From Callorhinchus milii (taxonomy: Eukaryota), in NCBI RefSeq assembly GCF_018977255.1, contig NW_024704743.1:69626001-69690000 (forward strand): 64,000 bases of DNA. Direction: 5' to 3'. Position numbers and translations under genes: made by a program. The notes under the pieces were generated by a model that was given only the letters and a program-made list of their open reading frames with translations, was not told where the DNA came from and searched no databases. Below are positions 55,589 through 64,000 of this stretch, in pieces; the stretch's first letter is position 1; each line of letters begins with the position of its first letter.

Positions 55589-55719
55589 CAATGTGATCAA
55601 GCATTCTATCAAATATGATATTATAAGAGTTGCTCCTTCAACCACAACTATATCCATGTGAATAAGCTAGTTACTCAAAACAAACTTGTTTCAGGAAACT
55701 AAACCATACAGGTATTCAA

Positions 55720-55936
55720 TGTGGTTTAACATTACAATCTGGAATGCACTGCCTGAAAGGGTGGTAGAAGCAGATTCAATAGTAACATTCAAAAGGGAAT
55801 TGGATAGGTACTTGAAAAGTAAAAAAATTGCAGGGCTATGGGAAAAATGTGGAACTAACTTGGATAGCTCTTTCAAAGAGCCAGCACAGGCATGATGGGC
55901 CAAATGGCCTCCTTCAGTGCTGTAAGATTCTATGAT
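55720..55936 (+). mobile_element. CR1 LINE 3' end
   Basis: WNALPERVVEADSIVTFKRELDRYL and tail GGGCCAAATGGCCTCCTTCAGTGCTGTAAGATTCTATGAT. Confidence 0.88.
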
Positions 55937-56599
55937 ACAATACCATTTACATAGAGCCTTTCAATCTGGAGGACGTCTAAAAGCATGTCAGTGATGGATG
56001 GTCAGCCAGGCTGGAGTGTGGGAGGCGAGAGAGGTGGAGTGGGGAAAATTACACAAATTTTAAAAAAAACACAGAATTACAGTACAGAAGCCCATTCAGC
56101 CAATAAAGTCTATGCTGGCGTTAGCTTTTCTATTGAAGCTTCTGAACATGAACAAGTAATTATTTAATTTCTCTCAAGTGTTGTTAGAACAAATACCTGT
56201 TGAAGTTTAATCTAAGACATTCCATGTTCTAAAAGTCCTCTGTGTAAATGTTTCTTCCAACCATCCTCTTCTAGTAATAATCCTTAATTTTACATCTACA
56301 TTATTATTCAATTGCAGATTAGCGAAAATGATTTTTCTCCATTTGCCCTTTCAGAACTGTGAAAACATATTCCAACAACCTATCCCTGGAATTTCCATGT
56401 GTAGGTGGGTTGCATGGAAATCTCAGCTTGGTTTGGATACTCTTAAGCACAGTGATGGGTTTCTGCATGTGTCAAGACACTCAGCTGATCAAAAAAAACT
56501 TAAGATTTCACCACCTCCACCAACAACCAACTCTACCAGAAAAAAACTATGACCTCTCACCCCACCCTAGCACCCACTGCATCATTTCCAAGACTGTGA

Positions 56600-58480
56600 T
56601 GTCCTTGCTCCTTCAAATTACAGATCATGGAAAGACCAAAAGTGTGGTCAACTCCAAGCTCCTCTTCTCCATCACCAACCGACTCCTCCACCCACCCTCT
56701 CATGCCTCACCCATCCTCTCCTTCAACGCCAATTGATGCTGGACTTCTTCAAAACCAAAGTCGAGGGGATCCACTCAGCTACCTCTGCCCTTCCGTCTAC
56801 TAGCTCCTCGCCAACCACACCCCAGCCCCTACCCATCCCTCCGTCCACATCTTCGAACCCGTCTCGCCTTTCTCTCTCAGCACTACTATAGCCCACATGA
56901 AACTGACCACCTGCTCCCTCGACCACATCCCTACCCCTCTCCTGATCTCCCAGCTCCACCTCCTTGCCCCTCTACTCACATTTCAAAAACCTCTCCCTGT
57001 CCACTGGCACTGTTCTCACCCCTTTAAAAACATCCATCATCACTCCTATCCTTAAAAAAAAAACTCCCTGGACCCATCCCTGCATTCAAATTACCACTCC
57101 ATCTTCAATCTCCCTTTCCAAGATCCCGGAACAAGTAGTTGCTTCCCAGCTTCGTTCTTTCCTCTCCCGCCACTCACTTCACGCACCGGACCAATCAGGT
57201 TTCCATGCCGCCCACAATACAGAAACAGCTTTGGTCAAAGTGACAAAAGACATTTTGTCCATCTGCAACCAGGGCTACCTCTGCCTCCTCGTCCTCCTTG
57301 ACCTCTTTGCTGCCTTCGATACAGTTGACGGCTATCCTCCTCCACCGCCTTTTCTCTCACCTCAACCTTCATGGTTCTGACCTTGAATGTTTCAGATCCT
57401 ACCTCTCACACCATCTTCACTTCATCTCCACAAACAGCTTCTCCTCTCGCCCCTGCACCATCTTGTGCGACATTCCTCAGGGCTGTCCTTGGTTCCCTCT
57501 TCAATATCTATATGCTCCCTATTGGTGACATCATCCGCAGACATGGGTTAACTTCTACATGTATGAGGACGACACCCAACTCTACCTCTCTGCCTCCACC
57601 CTGGACTCCAGGACCACTGCAGTCATGACAGAATGTCTTTCAGACATCAAGTTATATTTGCAAGATATCTGAATGAGAGCTACCTTTGTACAGTTGAACA
57701 TCAACAAGTCCTAACCCTCATGATTGGCTGCCATCATCACCTCCACACATCAGGCACTGACAGCATCATCAACAAGGATGCACACTCCACCTCACTGAGC
57801 CATCCGGAACCTTGGTGTCTGGTTTGACCCTCAACTATCCTTTCAACCCCACATCCATGCCATGATCCACTTTGCCTTCCCCCACCTCCACAACATCACC
57901 TGGCTCCACCACTGTCTCACACTGCAGGCCGCCGAGACCCTCATGCACACATTCATAATATCCAGGCTTGACTACACAAACTCCCTGCTTATTGGCCTCT
58001 CCAACTGCTCCTTCCTTTGGCTGCAGATCATCCAGAACTCTGCAGCCTATGTCCTCTCCAGCACCAAGCTCCGTGACCCTATTACCCCCATCCTCACCCG
58101 ATTCCACTGGCTTCCCATCACACAGAGGATACAGTTCAAGATCATGATCCTCACCTTCAAGCCCTCCATGGCCTTGCTCCCCCCTCAGCATCCTCCAACC
58201 TGCTTCACGTCCCCCACCCCACCATTGGTGGACCTTCAGCCACTTTGTCCCCACCGTCTGGAACTCCACCCCACAGTCCCTCCACCTCGCTCCCTCCTTT
58301 GCCCCCTTCAAAACCAGTCTCAAGACCCTCCTCTTCGACCATGCCTTTGATCACCCGCCTTCCCCGTCCTCCACGCTCCCCGATCCCAACCCCCAGCTCG
58401 GGTCGGAAACAATGGTTGTCCAGAACCTTGGGATGTCCACCTGACATGAAAGGCGCTATACAAATGTAATTTTGTTGTTG
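56600..58480 (+). mobile_element. Degenerate L2 LINE (~1.9 kb) with frameshifted reverse transcriptase
   Basis: RT motifs QSGF..HNTETALVKV, LVLLDLFAAFDTVD, GDIIRRHG, ISRLDYTNSLL in shifting frames; (TTG)n tail. Confidence 0.93.
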
Positions 58481-59050
58481 TCAAAGAGATATGTTTTGAG
58501 ATGTGCCTTGAAAGAAGATGGGGAGTGAGTCAGAGGAACTCCAAGATGGAATTGCTGCCTCAAAAATAGCTTTCTCAGAAGCAAAGGAGACATTGAACAG
58601 GGAAGACATTTTACTTCCTCTACACAAGAGAACCATCTTTAAAATCAGTCGGGCACTGGACACTATTGATTCTATCGACTATGTACCAACATCTTTCCCC
58701 TTCCAATGAGGAATCAGGCAGCATTACGCACCTCCGGATTCCTCATTGGAAGGGGAGTCAGAATCTAGCATTCTCCATCAGGGTGGCCCAGCCCTTCCAC
58801 CCACAGGGCCAGATGAATTGTTAATCAAAACTGACAAAAAAGTTGTCCATGCTCATCAGGCTTTAGGAAAAGCAAGAGCCGATCAGGAGAACGTATTGTA
58901 CTACAAGTAGAACTGTTAGTTTAAACCTGCTGCACACTAAGTCTTATTAAGCTTTTGTAGTTACATTTTAAGATCTGATGAAAAATTGAAGGATTCCATA
59001 TTCAGATTAAAAATATAACTTGTAAGCATCTCACTGTGAATATAACTCGC

Positions 59051-59146
59051 CTTTACATAATCAGCTGATGTGCGACGATGGGTTCTGTGCCTATTCACAG
59101 GCAAATACATCCATGACTGTGTCTGCACTCCACGATCAACATAACT
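59051..59146 (-). CDS. DAZL: DAZL penultimate exon (96 nt, phase 0) with GC donor
   Basis: SYVDRGVQTQSWMYLPVNRHRTHRRTSADYVK (cf. KSVDRSIQT...QDDYFK). tttcag acceptor; homologous exon end is followed by AAG|GCGAGT. Confidence 0.87.
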
Positions 59147-59324
59147 CTGAAAAATAAACATTGAGCCTTAGGAATATAAGAATTTAAAAGGACTGACAAA
59201 GACCATTGCAGTCCATCTGGCCGATCCGAAAGAAAAAAAATGCTACTCTCTCTTTATCAGAGGAATTTGCAAATATTACGTCCCTTAAAATGTAGTTGAA
59301 TCCAAAAGCACCAACAGCAACAAA

Positions 59325-60325
59325 AGTACAACAACAACAAAATTATATTTGCATAGCGTCTTTCATGTCGGGAGGACGTCCCAAGGCTCTGAACAGTCAG
59401 TTTTGGACTCGAGCTGGGGGTTGGAATCAGGGAGGGTGGAAGGTGACCGAAGGCATGGTCGAAGAGGATTTTGAAGGAGGCCAGGGAGGGATTGAGGTGG
59501 AGGGTCTGTGGGATGGAGTTACAGAGGGTGGGGTCAGAGTGGGGCGGGAGTGGAACATGAAGCAGTCTGCTGAGAGGAGGGAGTGGAAAGTTGGTAGGGG
59601 GTTAGGAGGTGGCAGAGGTAGGGGGCTGCAAGGCCATGGAAGGCTTTGAAGGTGAGGACCAGGATCTTGAACTGTATCCTGTGTGATGGAAAGCTAGTGG
59701 AGGCAGGCAAGGATAGGCGTGATTGGGTCATGGCACCTGGTGAGGGAGAGGACTTCTGGATGTGCATCTGGATGATCTGCAGCCTATGGAGGTAGGAGTT
59801 GGGGAGGCTGAGAAGTAGGGAGTTTGTAGTCGAGCCTGGATGTTATGAATCCATGTATGAGGGTGTGGTGTGAGACAGTGGCGGACCCGGGAAATGTTGC
59901 AGAAGTGGAGGAAGGCAAAGTAGGACATGGCACGGATGTGGGGTAGAAAGGATAGTTGAGGGTCAAAAGGACAAGAAGTTTGGACTGGCTCAGTAAGATG
60001 AAGTGTGCATCCTTGGATGGTGACGCTCTCAGCGCCTGAGGTGTGCAGGCCTGACTGGAGCCAATCAGGAAAGCTTCCGTCTTGTTGATATTCAACTGCA
60101 GAAAGTTATCTCTCATCCAGGACTTGATGTCTGATAGACATTCTGTCAGGATAGCAGTTGTCCTGGAGTTGAGGGTGGAGGCAGAGGGATAGAGTTGGGT
60201 GTCATCCACATACATGTGGAAAATGACCCCATGCCTGTAGATGATGTCACCAAGAGGAAGCATATAGATATTAAAAAGGAGGGGACCAAGGACAGAGCCC
60301 TGAGGAACTCCACTGAGTGTTGGAG
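59325..60325 (-). mobile_element. Degenerate L2 LINE (~1 kb)
   Basis: SGVPQGSVLGPLLFNIYMLPLGDIIYRHGVIFHMYVDDTQLY RT core; tail appears as (CAA)n near 59330. Confidence 0.93.
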
Positions 60326-60758
60326 ACAATTGTTGATATTAACCAGAAAACACTACTACCCACCCTTTGCTTTCCTGCTTTCAAAATCTCACATGGCTCA
60401 GCACCTGTTGAAAGAACTGAAAGGCAATGCTTCTCAAAAATCTTTGCCCCCCACTCACCCACAATGAAACGGCACAATCTGAATCTTCCAATTATAGAGC
60501 AACATCTAAAAATGTATGTTTAATGTAGTCCTTTATAACGGTTATCACAATGCAGCACATAGAGGACAAGCACATATTTTTCCTCCCAAAAATGCAACAA
60601 ATTTCAATACTATTCAGAACAAAGCTACATCAGAAACAAAATAGTTGAAACAACTGGTTATCTGCCAGGTGTGAATCACACAAGAAAGACTGAATGTTTC
60701 ATCTAGAAAAATAGAACAAGTCAGTAAAATTAAGGAACAATAACCTGAAAAATAAAAA

Positions 60759-60855
60759 TCTAGAAGGGAGGGAGAAAATTTCTCTCCCTCCCTTCTAGAA
60801 AAATTTTCTTCCCTTGGGAAGGGAGGAGAGAAAATTTCTCTCCTCCCTTTCCAAG
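60759..60855. repeat. Two adjacent, related purine/pyrimidine palindromes
   Basis: 60759-60799: perfect 17-bp arms, 7-nt spacer. 60813-60855: 21-bp arms with one mismatch. Confidence 0.9.
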
Positions 60856-61485
60856 TGATGAAAGTTGAACAGATAACAAAGTTTACTCTATACTGGTGTG
60901 AAGTTGTAAATATAATCAAACGATAAAGGAGCTTTATTACATTCAAACAATATTAAGCTTAAACCACAATTTTAAACAATCCAATAAAACAACAGCTCAT
61001 TGATGTGTGCACCATAATATGGGGCATATTTAATTGAATAAAATGACTGCATATAGTTTCACATAAGACTTGCACAAATGTTCAGCATAAAAGACCATAC
61101 AATTCACTGAGCCTGCTCCTCTGCTACCTATATTATCACCTTTCAGTTCAGTAGAATGTCACATAACCACATGTTGATTATCCACAGGTCAACTTATTGG
61201 GATCTGCTGTAGAAATAGAACTGCAATGCCAGCCAAAAAAAACAGGTGTGCATGATTCCCAAAGTACATGATTTACATGTGCAGCATGATCGAACCAGCA
61301 GTGTTAAGTACATTTGTTATAGGTACAATGTGGAGGTAGGGAGATAAAGAAAAAGGCAGAAGAAAAAGACAAAGTGGTGGCATATTGTAATACAATTCCT
61401 GATGGAAGACGTTATCATTGTAGCCAATTTCTATTTTGCAGGATGACCCATTATTCATAGTCTTCATATCCACAAAAGGTCCTAC

Positions 61486-62150
61486 AACAACAACTTGCAT
61501 TTATATAGCAACCTTCACCAGAGCAATGAACAGTGCACTTAAATGTGCCAAAACTTGACGCCAAACTGGGGAGAAGAGGGAGATGACCATAGGCACAGTC
61601 GAAGAGGTTGGTGTTCAGGTATAATCTGAAGGCAGGGAAGGAGACATGGCGGAGGGATTGATGAATAGAGACCCATTGGTTCAGGACCATAGTGGCTGAA
61701 GGCATGGCCATTGATGAGGTGGGGATGAGGGGCACTCAGCATTCCATTCCAACAATTTACCTACGGAATTTCCATGTGTAGCTGGGATTCAAGGAATTCT
61801 GTTTGGTTTGGATACTCTTAAACACGGTAATGTGTTTCTGCATGTAACAGACACCCGGCTGCCAAAAAAAAGGGACATGCAGGGGCTGGAGACAGCAGGG
61901 AGTGGGGTGTAAGCAGTCGGAGAGATAGGGAGATGCCAGGTAAATAGTTGATTTGCAAAGGAGTATGAGGATCTTGAAATCAATCCATTCTGTGGCATGG
62001 AGCCAGTGAAAAAGGGAGTAGTTTGGTGCGTTGAGGACGCGGGGGGCAGAGTTCTGAATTAGCTGGATTTTGAGAATGGTGGAGTTGGGGAGACCGGCGA
62101 GGAGGGCAAAAATCGTAAGCGGAGATGAAGTGATGGTGATAATTGGTAAA
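61486..62150 (-). mobile_element. L2 3' fragment interrupted by a short repeat at 61746-61871
   Basis: LAGLPNSTILKIQLIQNSAPRVL...WLHATEWIDFKIL; (CAA)n tail near 61487. Confidence 0.85.
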
Positions 62151-62268
62151 GTCACTACAAAGCCCACTTTCCAACTCTTTCCATACATCCTAATATTTTT
62201 ACTGCTCAAGTGCTTATTCAGTTCCTATTTGAATGACTACTAATCCAGTCTCATCAGCCACTTATTAC

Positions 62269-62391
62269 CTTTTCCACAGGATCTAAAGCTGAAGACGGAG
62301 CCTGCTGTGCTTCACATTCTCTTTGAACAACTACAGGTCCTGGATTGATCATTTCAGGGTATGGAAAATTCATATAGGTTGCTGAGGTAGT
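62269..62391 (-). CDS. DAZL: DAZL exon (123 nt, phase 0)
   Basis: TTSATYMNFPYPEMINPGPVVVQRECEAQQAPSSALDPVEK (cf. DPGAEVVPNECSVHEATP...QK). attag acceptor, AAG|GTAATA donor. Confidence 0.85.
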
Positions 62392-63061
62392 CTAATATTG
62401 AAAAGAAATGAAACAATCTTTTAGTTTCTTGCAACTAGTTTGCACTTTAATTTGAAGTATAGAAACATCTGTTTGTTTCTCATTTATTGAACCAACTATG
62501 AAAAAGGAGTAAATCTGCATTGTATTTACTGATGGAAGTTAAACACTCCCATTATTTAAAAGGAAGGTAAAAGAGTTGATCACCTTCTCCCAACCATAGC
62601 CAAAGCTTGTTTCAATGCTTTGACTGCCATGTTTTGTAAGGATAGCCAAACAATTCTGGGTACACTGCATCATAGAAGAGATTAATACTTCACTAGTTGA
62701 TTTTTTTAAAAAAACATCCAATTTTTAAATTACAAGTTTGCTTTACAACCAACAACAAAAATTGCAAAACCAACTTTGATGAACAACTTCAGTCATCAAA
62801 TTTGCTATGAAACATGTGTAAAGAACTTGTTGCACTGATGCATTTACTGTTGACAAGGAAGAAAAAGGAAAGAGAAAAAACTATATGGTACAATGGGATA
62901 TGAACAAAAGGCAGAAATGAGATAAACAATCCAGCAAAAATGGCAAAAAGACTCAGCAATGGTCCTGTTGGATGCTTAGTGTATATTGACACCATTCAGG
63001 TTTACTCTCCATGGGTTTTGTTGTATTAGTCCAATTACCTTAATTGAAGTTGTATAATTAC

Positions 63062-63112
63062 CTGAGGTATCATCCATCTCCACTGACTTCCTGGAGGCCA
63101 TTGGGGTGGCAC
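63062..63112 (-). CDS. DAZL: DAZL exon (51 nt, phase 0)
   Basis: VPPQWPPGSQWRWMIPQ (cf. human DAZL MPPQWPVGEQRSYVVPP, also 17 aa). ttatag acceptor, CAG|GTAATT donor. Confidence 0.9.
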
Positions 63113-63575
63113 CTATAAATATCACAAATGTTAAAAAACACAAATGCAGATCATTAAGAAGATGAACATGGTCTTCATCTCTTCAGTGTTTTTAAAAAAA
63201 TCTACAACTAAAGCAGTGAGGTCAATATGTCCCAATACTGCATTTAATCTCAGCATTCCAGGACACTACTAATAACAGACTAACCAGATTCATTGACAGG
63301 ACTTGAAGGGTCAGACCTGTTACTGAGAATAGGGATTCTTGTCACTCAGCTCCTGCTCCAAGCCAAAAACATAACAAGTAGGTAGGTGGTCCTAGCTGGA
63401 CAAGCAGCAGGAAGCTGATTAGACAGGGCTCTCGGTAAACCCTTTTTGTCTTATTTGTTGCTGCTTCATACTGGTTTGACATGGTGAGCAATGAGTTAAC
63501 CATTCAATGCATATTAATCATTTTAAAGTATCAAGCCAACATTCATAGCACTGTTTATTAATTGCTAAAATTTAC

Positions 63576-63656
63576 CTGGTAAGCATAAGCAGGATACTGA
63601 TAACCCATTTGGACTTGTGGTACTGCTGCAGCTGGAGGGCTAGGGTATGAGTATGT
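63576..63656 (-). CDS. DAZL: DAZL DAZ-repeat exon (81 nt, phase 0)
   Basis: TYSYPSPPAAAVPQVQMGYQYPAYAYQ is a Y/P/Q-rich DAZ repeat ending in YxYQ. ctgtag acceptor, CAG|GTAAAT donor. Upstream RRM exons are outside the window. Confidence 0.88.
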
Positions 63657-64000
63657 CTACAGAAAAAAACTAGAATTAAAAGTTTCTACATACAAGGATG
63701 AAGCAATTTCAATAAAAGTGAAATCACAAGAAAAATCAAAATCCAAGGAAAACTGCATTAAGAATATAAGAAATGCTAGACAAAAAAAAGACCAAGGTCC
63801 ACCTTCCTGACGGTCGTATGCACATATGTCCTGAACTACCTATGTACTATATCCCATATTAAGAACAAAAGAGATGCTAGACAAAAAAAACAAGGTCCAT
63901 TTATGACTATTACTGCCATATCCAATTAATAACAGAATCATTTCCAGTTGGTTTAACAAACTTTAAACTTTCCTGAAAGAAAAGAACGACTGCTGAAATC

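Noticed and set aside
56600-60325. Reverse transcriptase motifs as a novel RT system or domesticated gene
   Set aside because: Frameshifted, 5'-truncated L2 ORF2 with altered catalytic motifs (YEDD, YVDD) and typical tails.
63756-63900. Direct repeat ATGCTAGACAAAAAAAA...CAAGGTCCA
   Set aside because: Only two copies, resembling reverse CR1-type tails; not an array.
1-64000. CRISPR arrays, operons or prokaryotic defence systems
   Set aside because: The sequence is eukaryotic intron-exon DNA with no regularly spaced repeat-spacer structure.

Overview
AT-rich, repeat-dense vertebrate genomic DNA. The repeat complement (Deu-domain tRNA-SINEs, L2 and HER1/CR1-like LINEs) suggests a cartilaginous fish, possibly a chimaera; this is an inference. 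Two split genes lie on the minus strand, both cut by the window edges. (1) RFTN1 (raftlin-1): six coding exons from the ATG at 36759 down to 1329, all with GT-AG boundaries and consistent phases; the remaining exons lie left of the window. (2) The 3' half of a DAZ-family gene, most likely DAZL: five phase-0 exons from 63656 to the stop at 53277, then a ~2.5 kb repeat-free 3'UTR; the RRM exons lie right of the window. Most ORF-track entries are LINE/SINE debris or chance ORFs. I see no wholly new multi-gene system. The best leads cluster at DAZL: a DAZL/BOULE mosaic protein, a GC donor on the penultimate exon, convergent inverted L2 copies around that exon, an out-of-frame ancestral-looking C-terminal tail, and intronic palindromes. 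Elsewhere there is a hAT MITE with CTCF-like motifs in its inverted repeats and a duplicated CTCF-like site between the two genes. Comparisons with human proteins are from memory, not from a database search; repeat boundaries are approximate.
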